A model generated the notes under the pieces. It saw only the letters and a program-made list of their open reading frames with translations, ran no database searches and was not told the origin of the DNA. From contig JABARW010000063.1 in the NCBI GenBank assembly GCA_019186845.1, forward strand, positions 26,337-90,336: 64,000 nt of DNA, written 5' to 3'. Positions 1 through 11,113 of this stretch are shown piece after piece (the first letter of the stretch is position 1; each line of letters begins with the position of its first letter). The position numbers were made by a program, and so were the translations under genes. This DNA comes from Planctomycetota bacterium. Lineage in GTDB: Bacteria > Planctomycetota > UBA8742 > UBA2392.

Positions 1-790
1 CGAGGCGGATCAGCACGCTGTCGTCGGCTTTCTGGTTGTAGCGCAGCACCAGCAGGGTGACGTCGTCTTCCTGAGGGGCCTGCCCGCGGAACGCCGCCAC
101 CTCGGCCTCCAGCCTCTCGGCCACTTCCCGGGCCGTGGCCTGGCTCAGCCGCTTGAGGGACTCGGCCAGGCGCTGCTCGGTGAATTCCTCGCGCGCGGCG
201 TTGGCCGTTTCACTCACGCCATCGGTGTAGAGCAGCATGACGTCGCCGGGCTCGACCTGAAGCGTTTCCTCAGTCAGGGAGCGCTGGAACATGTCGTGGG
301 CCGCCATGCCCAGCACCATGCCGCCCGGCGCGCTCTGCCTCAGGGCCTGGGTGTGGCCGTTGGTCACGAGCAGAGGGCAGTGGCCCGCCCGCGCGCAGGT
401 CAGCGTCTGTTCTTTGAGGTCGAGAATGGCAAAGAACAGGCTCACGAAAGTGCCCTGCGGCATCTCGGGCTTGATGGAGTTGTTCACCGCCAGCAGGGTT
501 TCCTTGGGCGACATGGCGCCCTGCCCGTGGATCTGCAGGGCCTTCTTGGCCGCGGCCATGATCAGCGCGGCTTCCACGCCGTGGCCGGAAACGTCTCCAA
601 TCACGATGCCCAGGCGATAACGCCCCACAACAAAGAGGTCGTAGAAGTCACCGCCCACGTGCTCACAGGGCTTGTACACGGCGGCGATTTCCAGGCCGGG
701 AATCTCGGGCAGCTTGGGCAGCATGGAAAGCTGCGCCTTGCGCGAGCGCTCGATGGAGACGGCGTCTGGGCTTTTGACGGTGTCGGACAT
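1..790 (-). CDS. PP2C/SpoIIE-family protein serine phosphatase (C-terminus lies beyond window start)
   Basis: Own minus-strand translation from ATG at 790..788: MSDTVKSPDAV..CEHVGGDFYDLF..IVIGDVSGHGVEAALIMA..LLYTDGVSE..QEDDVTLLVLRY, the SpoIIE/PPM motif order. The ORF is still open at position 1, so it is absent from the ORF track. Confidence 0.8.
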   Translation of the reverse strand, partial: MSDTVKSPDAVSIERSRKAQLSMLPKLPEIPGLEIAAVYKPCEHVGGDFYDLFVVGRYRLGIVIGDVSGHGVEAALIMAAAKKALQIHGQGAMSPKETLLAVNNSIKPEMPQGTFVSLFFAILDLKEQTLTCARAGHCPLLVTNGHTQALRQSAPGGMVLGMAAHDMFQRSLTEETLQVEPGDVMLLYTDGVSETANAAREEFTEQRLAESLKRLSQATAREVAERLEAEVAAFRGQAPQEDDVTLLVLRYNQKADDSVLIRL

Positions 791-930
791 GTCGGGGCGC
801 CGATTGTATAGGAGACCCGCCGGCTCCGAAAGCCGCGATTTCAGTCCCGTGGCGCGGCTGTTTTCGCCCGCGCCATGCGGTGGGCCTCCCGGAAAACGTA
901 ACGCGACCAGTGGTTCATGGGAGTCGAATG

Positions 931-995
931 CAGGGGCGACCCATGGGTCGCCCCTGCGGTGCACATGGCTAGGGGCGCAGCATGCTGCGCCCCTA
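931..995 (-). repeat. Two adjacent perfect GC-rich palindromes (possible terminator pair or REP-like element)
   Basis: CAGGGGCGACCCATGGGTCGCCCCTG (931-956) and TAGGGGCGCAGCATGCTGCGCCCCTA (970-995). They share AGGGGCG..CGCCCCT arms and lie just downstream of the minus-strand gene ending at 1025. No T-run follows. Confidence 0.35.
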
Positions 996-1024
996 CATTC
1001 AATGACTGCGAACCACCGGGGTGC

Positions 1025-2197
1025 CTACTTGGCCATAAGCTTCAGCATTTCGGCGCGAGCGGCGTCAATCTCAACCTGTTGGCTGTGGATGCGCGAGCTG
1101 GCTGCTTGAAGATTGGCAGACATCACCAAACCCTGCTGATCAGCCGTCCGCACTGTGTAGGGCGGCGATTGTCCTTGAAGTTCCAATACCTGTGCCGCGT
1201 AGGTGCGCAAACCGGTTGTCCAGTCTTCGCGATAACGTATGCCGCGCGTGAACTTGTTTTGGCGATCGCCATCATCAAAGGGCGAGTCCTCAATGTCCGG
1301 TCTTGCCCATGCGAACCAGGCTTCGCTGGGCCACTCCCGAGCCCAATCTGAAATCTGAATCCTGGACGCCAACTTGCCGTTTGCGGCGACCGGGAGAAGT
1401 GACTCGCAGTCCATGTTGAGCGACGTGAGTTCTTTCAACTGCGCCGCCGCGATCCGCCCGTCCTTGATCCATTGCAGAGCCAGGTTCAGTACCGCTGAAA
1501 AACCCGATGCCCGAGTGATGAGCTGAAGCTCGTACAGCGGCAGGCGCATGAGGGAACAAAGCCGCGCCATAGTCAACAATTGCCGCGCTGCAGAATCGCC
1601 GTTCCCAAGCAGCGCGTGCCCGTTGGCACGCCCGAGCATGACCCAAATGATTCGGAAGTGGACTCCCCCCCAAGACAGCGAATCGCCGCCGAGAAGGTCT
1701 CCATAGGTATCGCCATTGTGAATGACCTGCGCGATGACATCGCAACGCGAAATCTCTTCCAGCTCGGCAGACCATGCTTCCGTCGCCGCTAGAAACTGGC
1801 GCGTTTTCTCCGCATCGGGCGGGTCGCGCTTCAAGCCGGGCCACTCATTCATGGCCAGTACCTGTGAAACGCCCTTTGGGGTGAATTCCTCGGTGTCTTC
1901 GGCCGCCTCGTACGTTCCGGTCCCGATGGGTGGTGCGCTTTCAACCGCTTCCGCGACCCTTTTCAGGCGCTCGTAACCGTTGGTTCCCTTGACGCGGCCT
2001 TGTGTGAACTGGGCCGGCGTCATGCCGTTGAGCACGTTGTTGCGCGCAAATTCAACGGCATCCCGGAGTTCAGCGCGGGAGCTGGAAATCTGTGATTGAC
2101 GCCAAGCCTCCAGGCCCAGCAGCGCCATCAACACCAAGGACAAGGGAGTCGTCCAGCACGCGACTTGACGCCCACGATGTTTACCCACCGTACCCAT
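1025..2197 (-). CDS. Hypothetical protein with single N-terminal TM helix
   Basis: Track ORF 1025..2209 opens on TTG; first ATG is at 2197 (MGTVGKHRGR..). One hydrophobic helix (LSLVLMALLGLEAW) is followed by about 350 aa. No family motif recognised. Confidence 0.5.
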   Translation of the reverse strand: MGTVGKHRGRQVACWTTPLSLVLMALLGLEAWRQSQISSSRAELRDAVEFARNNVLNGMTPAQFTQGRVKGTNGYERLKRVAEAVESAPPIGTGTYEAAEDTEEFTPKGVSQVLAMNEWPGLKRDPPDAEKTRQFLAATEAWSAELEEISRCDVIAQVIHNGDTYGDLLGGDSLSWGGVHFRIIWVMLGRANGHALLGNGDSAARQLLTMARLCSLMRLPLYELQLITRASGFSAVLNLALQWIKDGRIAAAQLKELTSLNMDCESLLPVAANGKLASRIQISDWAREWPSEAWFAWARPDIEDSPFDDGDRQNKFTRGIRYREDWTTGLRTYAAQVLELQGQSPPYTVRTADQQGLVMSANLQAASSRIHSQQVEIDAARAEMLKLMAK

Positions 2198-2283
2198 GGC
2201 CTCAGTCAAACAGGGTCAGTCCAAGGCCTCCAGTCTTGGTGTCCTACAAACCTGCACTGCAGTTGGAGCGGCAGGACGGTCTG

Positions 2284-2838
2284 CTAGCGGCCGAAGTCGC
2301 GGCGGTTGAACAGGGCCTCGAACTCAAAGCCCGCCTTGGTCAAGGCTTCCTGGGCGCCTTCCATGCGGTCCACCAGGGCCATGATTTTCACGATGTTTGG
2401 CTTGTACTGCGTGCGCAGACCCTCAATGGCCTTGAGGGCGCTGCCGCCGGAGGTCACCACATCCTCCACCACCACCACCCGCGCCCCGTCGGCCAGGGCC
2501 GGGCCCTCCACCCAGCGCTGCATGCCGTGCCCCTTGGGCTCCTTACGAATGAGGAACCCGCTCAAAGGTGCGCCCTGCCGCGCGCTTTCCATGATGATGC
2601 CCGCCACCACGGGGTCAGCGCCCATGGTGGGCCCGCCCACGGCCACCACGTTCAAGGCCTTGATGCGCTCGTAAAAGAGGCGCGACATCAGCTCAAGCCC
2701 CCGGCCCGAAAGGGTCGTGAGCCGGCCATCAATGTAGAAGTCGCTCATCTTGCCGCTGGCCAGCTTTACGGGCCCTTCGGCGATGGTCTTGCCAATCAAT
2801 TGCCTGAGTTCTTCGCGGGCGGCTTTGAGGTCTGCCAT
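2284..2838 (-). CDS. pyrE: Orotate phosphoribosyltransferase
   Basis: 184 aa. PRPP-binding loop VVVVEDVVTSGGS and OPRTase-type pattern (SDFYIDGR..VGGPTMGADP). Confidence 0.9.
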   Translation of the reverse strand: MADLKAAREELRQLIGKTIAEGPVKLASGKMSDFYIDGRLTTLSGRGLELMSRLFYERIKALNVVAVGGPTMGADPVVAGIIMESARQGAPLSGFLIRKEPKGHGMQRWVEGPALADGARVVVVEDVVTSGGSALKAIEGLRTQYKPNIVKIMALVDRMEGAQEALTKAGFEFEALFNRRDFGR

Positions 2839-2924
2839 GTCTGCACCGTATCGGGGCGCTTGGGGCGGCGCGAAGGCACCCCCCGCAGCAGCGTGGGCCT
2901 TATAGCGAAATCCGGGGCATTGCG

Positions 2925-3881
2925 CTAACGGGCCGCTGAAAGTTCCGCCTCGCGTCGGCGGATCTCGGTCACGTCGGCGACCAGCTGGGCCTTGAGGGCT
3001 TCCAGGCCGGAAAAGCGGTGCTCGTCGCGCAGCTTGAAAAGGAACTCCACCTCGATCTCCCGCCCATAGAGGTCGCCGGAGAAGTCCAGCAAATGAACCT
3101 CAAGCAGGGGCATGCGGCGCATGGGGTCCACGGTGGGGCGGGTGCCGATGTTGGCCGCGCCCAGCCACTGCCGCCCGTCAAGATGGACGCGCACGCCGTA
3201 CACGCCCAGGGGCGGTGAGGCCAGGCCCAGCAGGGAGATGTTGGCCGTGGGAAAGCCCAGGGTGCGGCCCCGCTGGTCGCCGTGGACAACCTGGCCCACG
3301 ATGCTGTAGGCGCGGCCGAGCATCTTGCGCGCCCAGAGAAAATCGCCGTTCTGCACGTGCTGTCGAATGGCGCTGGAGCTCATGGCCTGGCCGGACACTT
3401 CCACGCGCTCGGCCTCGCGCACGTCCACACCGATGTCGCGGCCGATGTCGCGCAACAGCTCATAGCTGCCCTCGCCGTCCTTGCCGATGCGATTGTTGAA
3501 CCCGACCAGCATGGCACGCGCGTTGAGCCGGCCCCGCACGTACTGCTCCATGAACTCGCGGGCCGAGACCTTCTGCAGCTTTTCATCGAAGTGCAGCAGC
3601 AGCACGGCATCCACCCCGGCCTTGAGCAGCAGGCGCCGCTTGTGCTCGGGCGTGGTCAGGGCGGGCATGGGCTTGCCGGTCATGAATTCGCGCGGATGCA
3701 CGGAAAACGTCACCACCACGCAGGGCGCGCCCTCGCGCCGCGCCCACTCCACCAGCTCAGCCACCAGATACTGGTGGCCCAGGTGCAGGCCGTCAAAGCT
3801 GCCCACGGTGACCATGGGCCGCGCGCCCGCAATGGCCGCACCCAGCTTCGTGAATTCCTCAAATGATCGGAAGGTGTTCAT
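2925..3881 (-). CDS. ribF: Bifunctional riboflavin kinase / FAD synthetase
   Basis: 318 aa. N-terminal nucleotidyltransferase motif VTVGSFDGLHLGHQ plus C-terminal riboflavin kinase motifs GFPTANI..GVYGV..LEVHLLDF. Confidence 0.9.
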   Translation of the reverse strand: MNTFRSFEEFTKLGAAIAGARPMVTVGSFDGLHLGHQYLVAELVEWARREGAPCVVVTFSVHPREFMTGKPMPALTTPEHKRRLLLKAGVDAVLLLHFDEKLQKVSAREFMEQYVRGRLNARAMLVGFNNRIGKDGEGSYELLRDIGRDIGVDVREAERVEVSGQAMSSSAIRQHVQNGDFLWARKMLGRAYSIVGQVVHGDQRGRTLGFPTANISLLGLASPPLGVYGVRVHLDGRQWLGAANIGTRPTVDPMRRMPLLEVHLLDFSGDLYGREIEVEFLFKLRDEHRFSGLEALKAQLVADVTEIRRREAELSAAR

Positions 3882-3888
3882 CCGGCGG

Positions 3889-4551
3889 TCAGCGGCGGCC
3901 CTTGCCGAACTCCTCGCCCTTGTAGCCCTCGCCGGCGCCGCCGCGCGGCAAGGCCCAGCGCGAATAGCGCAGCACCCACTCCTGGGCGTCGTTGAAGCGG
4001 CGGTAGCGGGTTTTGTCGGCCTCGCTGGGATTGACGATGTACTGCTCGCGCGGACGCATCAGGTAACTGCAATCCACCTTGCCGCCACGGATGATCTCCA
4101 CGGCGATCATGCGGTCGGCGCGGCTGTCGGCCTTGACCTTCTTGACGGGGTCGCTGTTGCCGATGTTCACAGCCATGTTGCGCTCGAAGAACTGGACCTT
4201 GTCCTGAAGGATGACCAGCAGGTCGTGGGCATCAGCATTGGAAAGGTAGAACTCCTCGCGGGCCAGGCGAGAATCTGGCATGCCGCGGTAAAGCGAATGG
4301 GTGCGGTTGATCAGGGTGATGCGCACTTCCTTCTGGTCTTCGTTGCGTTCCACGCCCGAGGCGCCGCGCGCTCCGGGTTTGACGTAGTAGAAGATGCGCA
4401 CATCGCCGATGTTCTGGTCGGCCCACTCGATAGATTCGGTGTCCGACGCCGGGTCTGCGGCGCGCGGCCCGTCGCCGGGCTCAGTCGACGATGAACAGGC
4501 GCCGCAGAGCAGCGCCAGGGCGATCAGCACCAGCAGGGAGCGACAATGCAT
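3889..4551 (-). CDS. Hypothetical secreted or lipoprotein
   Basis: Track ORF opens on TTG at 4572. ATG at 4551 gives MHCRSLLVLIALALLCGACSSS, a signal peptide with Cys at the cleavage region. No recognised domain. Confidence 0.55.
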   Translation of the reverse strand: MHCRSLLVLIALALLCGACSSSTEPGDGPRAADPASDTESIEWADQNIGDVRIFYYVKPGARGASGVERNEDQKEVRITLINRTHSLYRGMPDSRLAREEFYLSNADAHDLLVILQDKVQFFERNMAVNIGNSDPVKKVKADSRADRMIAVEIIRGGKVDCSYLMRPREQYIVNPSEADKTRYRRFNDAQEWVLRYSRWALPRGGAGEGYKGEEFGKGRR

Positions 4552-4656
4552 GGCAGGCTCAAACCGGGGCAACCAGGGAGTGCCAGTGTGGCTTCAAAGC
4601 CCTCCGTGCGCAACCCGGGGAGCAGGCAAGCGACCGGCAGAGCCCGGCTTTGGCCG

Positions 4657-7089
4657 TCAGGGAGTTGGCAAGACAAGCCTGACGATGGATGTTTCAGGCA
4701 CTTCGACAATGGACGACCACCGGTCACCGGCCATGCCCGCCGGAACGCCTGCCTTCTCCAGCATCACGGTCACGAAGTAGCGACCGGGAGGCACGCCACA
4801 CAGGGTGGTAACGGGACCCTCGATTTCAACACGCCTTCCCAGCCCGACCGTGGCGTTCAAGCCGGGATCGCTTTCCGAAAACACCGCAGTTATCACGACA
4901 TAAACCCGGTCAGCCCGTTGCTTCAACCACTGCACATTTTGCTCTGAGACGGTGACTTCGAGGCTCGGCCCAAGACCGCACGAAACCAAGATGACCTCAA
5001 ATCGGGTGACAGCCGGCGACGGGTCTCGCACCCATGAAACCCGCGCGAAGGAACCATCGGCCATGATTCCGTACTGATCCGAAACAAGTCCCTCGATACC
5101 GGCCAGAGACAACTTCTGCGTTCGACCCTTGCGAACGTAAAGACACCCGAACACCTGGGCTCGCTCGAAGTCAGGGAAATTGGTTACGGTCCATGCCGTT
5201 GCCGAATCCAGCTTGGCCGGCAAAATGAAAACGTCTTCCGTTGACACAATTTCCACCCGGGTCAGGTTCGCAACTGCGATCGTGTGCATCGACGCAGTCC
5301 GAGGGTGATATGCTACCTCAGATGCAAGGAAGACCTCCCCCCAGGTCACGAACACCATATATAGTCCAGCGGTAGTAACAGTTGTGGAGAAAGCGCCGTG
5401 GGTCAACTCGCGCGCAACCGCAAAGTCGGCCGAGCCGCCGCCACCGCGTGCCATCGGAACTATGAGGAATGACACGGACACAGCCGCGGTCGGCGGGTCC
5501 GCGAACTCCAGCTTGACGGAAAGCGGACATGCTCCCATGCCGGAAACGCGTAATACAGTCAAGTCGGGCAAGGACGCGCAGGCCCCAAGCTCACGCCACC
5601 CATTGGCACTCGACTCCGCCACCTCATCGTAGAAAGTCGCGCTGCGGACACGCAGCGCGACTCGCCTCAGGCGTGGTACTTGCCCAAGACTTATTTCGCC
5701 GTTTTCATTGGCCATGGCGCGAGTCGAGAAAATGGTCACGACTTTTCCAGGGCCGCCAGCCGTCATCTCCAATTCAACCAGGTGAAATGGCGCGATGGTT
5801 CCCGAATCGCGCTCGATTCTCAGACATGCATCGGCGCTGCGCCGGTAGCTGGCCGCAGAAAGTACGATAGTCTGCTCGTCCGCGCCTGTGATCGCCGCGT
5901 CAGCGTAGGCCAGAACAGGCGCGCGTGCCCCCCCCGATAAAGTGAACGCGTATGAAGCATTAACGGATACGCCCGTCAGACTTACTCGAAAGGAATAGGC
6001 CAGTCCTCCAGCTTCGGAAATGGAACTTACATCCACCTTGGCCGCTTCAGACCAACGCGTCCGTGCATGGGGCGCGTCAAGCGCCACAATATCAAGAGTC
6101 AGATTCAAGCCGGTCTCGTCACGCTGTCCTGGAGTGGACGGCCCGGGCGCTTTCTTCCGGGCGCCGGCAGCTTGCAGTTGCCCTCGTACGCTCTCGGCAA
6201 ATGTCCCGGACTCCTCTTCCCAAATCTCTATGAGACAATCATAGGCGCGGGTCAATGCGAGGCGCAGGGCTTCCCCCGCCGCAGCGACTTTTCCGCGATG
6301 CGAAAATTCTGTAATTCGCCAGCGGGCACGACCTGACGTGGCTGCATACCTGGCCGACAGCGGCCACTGGGGAACCCACATCTCTGAGGCAACTTTCCCG
6401 CCCGACACGCCACTCAGGCGACGACTCCAGCGGCCAGCCCCCATGCTTAGAATCCTTGGCGCTTCGGGGTTTCGGTGTGGCCGTGCCTCCAAAAACACCT
6501 CGGACCAGTCCAGAGCACCTTGAGGTTGGCCCTCTATCGTAACCGGCACCTTCTGTACAACATGAAGCACTTCAGCCAGCACCTCTTTCTGCCCTGGCTC
6601 CCGGACCCACAGTTGTTCACCCTGAATCCGAAACTCGTTCACGGGAAACCATGCCTCGTTGGTCTCGTCTATCCGATACCAGAGGCCGGCTCTAAGATTG
6701 CGGCATAAAAGCCTGGCGCCTTCAATCGAACACGTCGTCATCGAGTCATCGGCCAGACAGGCCGCTTGAACAATGACCGTACCCTCGGCCATAGCCGAAA
6801 GCCACCGAAGGGGCACCCGAGTTGCCTCGACAACCGCAGCAGACCCGGCATCTGAATCAGGCTTCGACCCGGCAAGCGGGTTGGCGCGAGGCGCATGCGA
6901 AGGCTGCTCCGGAATGGCCCCGGATCCGCGAGTTGCTACGGCAGCCGGGCTGGCCCTTGACTGTATGAAATATTCCACGACGGCGTACGAAGTCGCGCCC
7001 ATGGCGGCACAAAGCACGATAACCCGGAGCCATCTCCTGCTCGAACCAGGCCCGTCGGGCGCATCAGATTTTGTGTTGGACTTCGCCAT
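4657..7089 (-). CDS. Large hypothetical membrane-anchored protein (about 810 aa)
   Basis: Track ORF 4657..7119. ATG at 7089 sits 1 nt after the stop of the upstream gene (7091-7093). N-terminal TM (WLRVIVLCAAMGATSYAVVEYF), then a long region with no motif I recognise. GC is visibly lower than the flanks. Confidence 0.5.
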   Translation of the reverse strand: MAKSNTKSDAPDGPGSSRRWLRVIVLCAAMGATSYAVVEYFIQSRASPAAVATRGSGAIPEQPSHAPRANPLAGSKPDSDAGSAAVVEATRVPLRWLSAMAEGTVIVQAACLADDSMTTCSIEGARLLCRNLRAGLWYRIDETNEAWFPVNEFRIQGEQLWVREPGQKEVLAEVLHVVQKVPVTIEGQPQGALDWSEVFLEARPHRNPEAPRILSMGAGRWSRRLSGVSGGKVASEMWVPQWPLSARYAATSGRARWRITEFSHRGKVAAAGEALRLALTRAYDCLIEIWEEESGTFAESVRGQLQAAGARKKAPGPSTPGQRDETGLNLTLDIVALDAPHARTRWSEAAKVDVSSISEAGGLAYSFRVSLTGVSVNASYAFTLSGGARAPVLAYADAAITGADEQTIVLSAASYRRSADACLRIERDSGTIAPFHLVELEMTAGGPGKVVTIFSTRAMANENGEISLGQVPRLRRVALRVRSATFYDEVAESSANGWRELGACASLPDLTVLRVSGMGACPLSVKLEFADPPTAAVSVSFLIVPMARGGGGSADFAVARELTHGAFSTTVTTAGLYMVFVTWGEVFLASEVAYHPRTASMHTIAVANLTRVEIVSTEDVFILPAKLDSATAWTVTNFPDFERAQVFGCLYVRKGRTQKLSLAGIEGLVSDQYGIMADGSFARVSWVRDPSPAVTRFEVILVSCGLGPSLEVTVSEQNVQWLKQRADRVYVVITAVFSESDPGLNATVGLGRRVEIEGPVTTLCGVPPGRYFVTVMLEKAGVPAGMAGDRWSSIVEVPETSIVRLVLPTP

Positions 7090-7090
7090 G

Positions 7091-8242
7091 TCAGGGCTTC
7101 GGAGTACCGGTGTCATCATCAGGCCCGTACTTCAGGCACGGGCAACCGATGCCGCCACTGTCACAATTCCGCGTCACGTGAACCTTCCACACAAACACAT
7201 AGCTTCCGTACTGAATCGCCAGCGAAGCGTCCGATTTGACCGAGGGGTTCGGGTCTGCTTCAGAGGAAAAAGCCCCGTCCGTCACAAGAAGCACAACGTC
7301 CGCGCTCTCGGTCGCCGGGTAACTACCGGTGTTGCCGCACCCCATTCGGATTGGCTGTGTCGTCGAGGAAAAATTTGCTTGAACACTGACGGTGAAATCA
7401 AAGTCCGTGGTCGAATCACCGTATGTGGACATTCCCCATTCGTTCTGCCCCAGATTGTTGGGCCCTACCTGCCCATACGTGTAATATCCCGAAAAGCTGG
7501 TTGGCGATGGAAACGCGGAGTTCGAGTTCCACTGACGCTGCTTATAGGTACCGCTATGGGGTGTGGAGTTACCACTGGATAACGAACCACAGGAGCCACC
7601 GTACCACACACCATTCTCATTGATCCAGCGGTCTAGATGGATAAATAGCTCGTGCTCTGATCCATCCAGATGGACGTCCTTGCTCCTGATCACCTTGGCT
7701 CCGACAGATACAGAGTCTGACGGCACAGTTGCCGTTTCCAAATAGTGATTCGGGTCGCCCGAATACCAGTGAAGGGCAATGCAGTGCCACGTGCGCTGAA
7801 TCAATTCAACGGACACCTCGCCTGCGCAGTCCGTGCAATCAAATATGATGTCGACATTCCGCGAACTCGACTCGGACCAATCGACACCAAGTGAGCCGGC
7901 GAAGCTCTCGGCCGGTGTTTGACCACCGCCGTATCTCCCACCGGCGTGCAGGTTATCCGCCATCACTACGCCTGCCGACAAATCTCCATCGACCAGTGGG
8001 TCAAACGAGTTGACCGTCACGTTAATTCCACCCAGGTTATCGTCCAAGATCACTTCGTAATCTGCGGGAACGTCAGGCGGCGTCCCGAGCGCCACTTTCA
8101 GGGTGCCCATTGTCTCGGAGTTGCAATCTGCTACACTTATTCCGTTGTTTCCGCCAAGTAGCTTCAGGCCCCGTATTCCGTGTACCACGGAGGGCGTGAC
8201 TGACAGAATCAAAATCAGCGCCACGAACAATTTTCTTACCAT
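7091..8242 (-). CDS. Hypothetical secreted protein (about 383 aa)
   Basis: Track ORF 7091..8368. Internal ATG at 8242 yields a classic signal peptide, MVRKLFVALILILSVTPSVVHG. Gly/Ser/Asp/Cys-rich with no recognised domain. Lower GC. Confidence 0.5.
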   Translation of the reverse strand: MVRKLFVALILILSVTPSVVHGIRGLKLLGGNNGISVADCNSETMGTLKVALGTPPDVPADYEVILDDNLGGINVTVNSFDPLVDGDLSAGVVMADNLHAGGRYGGGQTPAESFAGSLGVDWSESSSRNVDIIFDCTDCAGEVSVELIQRTWHCIALHWYSGDPNHYLETATVPSDSVSVGAKVIRSKDVHLDGSEHELFIHLDRWINENGVWYGGSCGSLSSGNSTPHSGTYKQRQWNSNSAFPSPTSFSGYYTYGQVGPNNLGQNEWGMSTYGDSTTDFDFTVSVQANFSSTTQPIRMGCGNTGSYPATESADVVLLVTDGAFSSEADPNPSVKSDASLAIQYGSYVFVWKVHVTRNCDSGGIGCPCLKYGPDDDTGTPKP

Positions 8243-8282
8243 CTCGCACTCCCCGGGAATAGTGATCGAATCTTCCGCCATC

Positions 8283-8627
8283 ATGCAAAACCGACTGAGA
8301 GGCATCCTGTTGCTCCGTGTCGCAATCGGCTTACTATTGGTTGCCCACGGTCTTGATAAGCTACTCAACTTCGAGAATTATGCAAGGAGATTCCCCTCAA
8401 TTGGAAACCTGTCACCCCAAACATGCCTACTGTTGACCATTCTGTCCCAACTGCCATGCGGGCTCTTGATCGCGGCGGGCATTCGAACGCGCTACGCTTG
8501 CCTCCCACCTTTACTGGTGCTGACGGTGGCCATCCTCCTGGTTCATCTTCCGCGCGGCATGGTGGATGGCGAGCTGGCATTGCTCTACGTCACGTGCTTG
8601 ATTGTGCTGGCAATGGTCAATGAATGA
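8283..8627 (+). CDS. Small polytopic membrane protein, DoxX-like (tentative)
   Basis: ATG 8283 gives MQNRLRGILLLRVAIGLLLVAHGLDKLLNF.. About 114 aa with 3-4 hydrophobic helices. The N-terminal R..GL.F..HG..K pattern is typical of the DoxX family. Confidence 0.55.
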   Translation: MQNRLRGILLLRVAIGLLLVAHGLDKLLNFENYARRFPSIGNLSPQTCLLLTILSQLPCGLLIAAGIRTRYACLPPLLVLTVAILLVHLPRGMVDGELALLYVTCLIVLAMVNE

Positions 8628-8676
8628 CGCTTGCGTTCCGCACAACCCGCACAGGGGCTTGACCCGGACGATGGCG

Positions 8677-9768
<1,092 letters not shown>

Positions 9769-9803
9769 GGCCTGATTCTACAAGCCGCGGAGGCAAAAGG
9801 GGC

Positions 9804-10952
9804 TTACACGCGGGCGGCCAGCGCGCTTTCAGCCATGGCGTAGAAGCGGGCAAAGAGGTGCAGCGAATCGTGGGGGCCGGGGCTGGCCTCGGGGTGATAC
9901 TGCACGCCGAATACGGGCAGCACTTTGTGGCGGATGCCGCTGACGGTGTTGTCGTTGATGTTCAGGTGCGTGACCTCGACGTCTTCGGGCAGGCTCTGGG
10001 GGTCGGTGGCAAAGCCGTGGTTCTGGCTGGTGATTTCAACGCGGCCGGTTGCCAGCTCCTTGACGGGATGATTGGCCGCATGATGCCCGAACTTGAGCTT
10101 ATAGGTCTTTCCGCCCATGGCCCAGGTGAGCAACTGGTGCCCAAGGCAGATACCGAAAATCGGCAGCTTGCGCGCGATGAGCCCCTTCACGACGGAGATT
10201 TCGTGGGGCAGCGCGGCGGGATCTCCGGGCCCGTTGGAAAGGAAGGCGGCTTGGGGATTCCAGGCGAGAATCTCCTCCAGCCTGGCCCGGGCGGGGAACA
10301 CCCGCACCTCAAAGCCCGCCTGAACCAGGCAGCGAAGGATGTTGGACTTTGCGCCGTAATCGATGGCGGCGCAGCGGATGCGCGGGCCCTCGCGACGGGG
10401 CAAGTTGAGCTTGTCGGCAAACTCACTCTCAAAACCCGCCGTGAAGTCGTAGGCGCGGGCGCAGGAAACTTCCTTGACGAGGTCCTGGCCTTCCATTTCC
10501 GGGCTTTGCAGCACTTCGTCGAGCAGTTTCTCGGCGTTGGACTCCGGGGCAATCACGCCGCGCATGGCGCCGTGGGTACGCAGGTGCAGCGTGAGCGCAC
10601 GGGTGTCCAGGCCGTCAATGGCGGGCACGCCCATGGCCTCCAGGAAATCGTTGAGGGAACGCTCGCTACGGAAATTGCTGGTGACACCGGATAGCTCGCG
10701 AATCACAAAGCCGCTGAGCCAGAGTTTCTCGCACTCGTTGTCTTCGGAGTTGATGCCGTAGTTGCCGATCTGGGCGGCCGTCATCACGACAATCTGGCCC
10801 GCGTAACTGGGGTCGCTCAGGACTTCCTGATAGCCCGTCAGGGCCGTGTTGAAGACCACCTCGCCAAAGCCTTTTCTCGGCGCGCCGAACAAACGGCCCT
10901 TGAATGCCCTTCCATCTTCCAGCAGCAGCACTCCGGCCTGGCGTTTACGCAT
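9804..10952 (-). CDS. carA: Carbamoyl-phosphate synthase small (glutamine amidotransferase) subunit
   Basis: CPSase small-subunit N-domain (LLLEDGRAFKG..NTALTGYQEVLSDPSY) plus class-I GATase (PIFGICLGHQLL..VQYHPEASPGPHD). Start moved to ATG 10952 (MRKRQAGV..). Confidence 0.9.
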   Translation of the reverse strand: MRKRQAGVLLLEDGRAFKGRLFGAPRKGFGEVVFNTALTGYQEVLSDPSYAGQIVVMTAAQIGNYGINSEDNECEKLWLSGFVIRELSGVTSNFRSERSLNDFLEAMGVPAIDGLDTRALTLHLRTHGAMRGVIAPESNAEKLLDEVLQSPEMEGQDLVKEVSCARAYDFTAGFESEFADKLNLPRREGPRIRCAAIDYGAKSNILRCLVQAGFEVRVFPARARLEEILAWNPQAAFLSNGPGDPAALPHEISVVKGLIARKLPIFGICLGHQLLTWAMGGKTYKLKFGHHAANHPVKELATGRVEITSQNHGFATDPQSLPEDVEVTHLNINDNTVSGIRHKVLPVFGVQYHPEASPGPHDSLHLFARFYAMAESALAARV

Positions 10953-11113
10953 GGCGCTCCAGTGGGTTGTGTCCGGCGCGCAGTGTAACGAGGGCCGGCT
11001 CCCGGGCAACGCTGTGGAAATCGCGTCAGCTGCCGACACCAGGCCCCTGACACTCCGAACTTGCCTCGGGGCACAAACGGGGTAGGATTACGCCATACTT
11101 TGCCGGACAGAGT

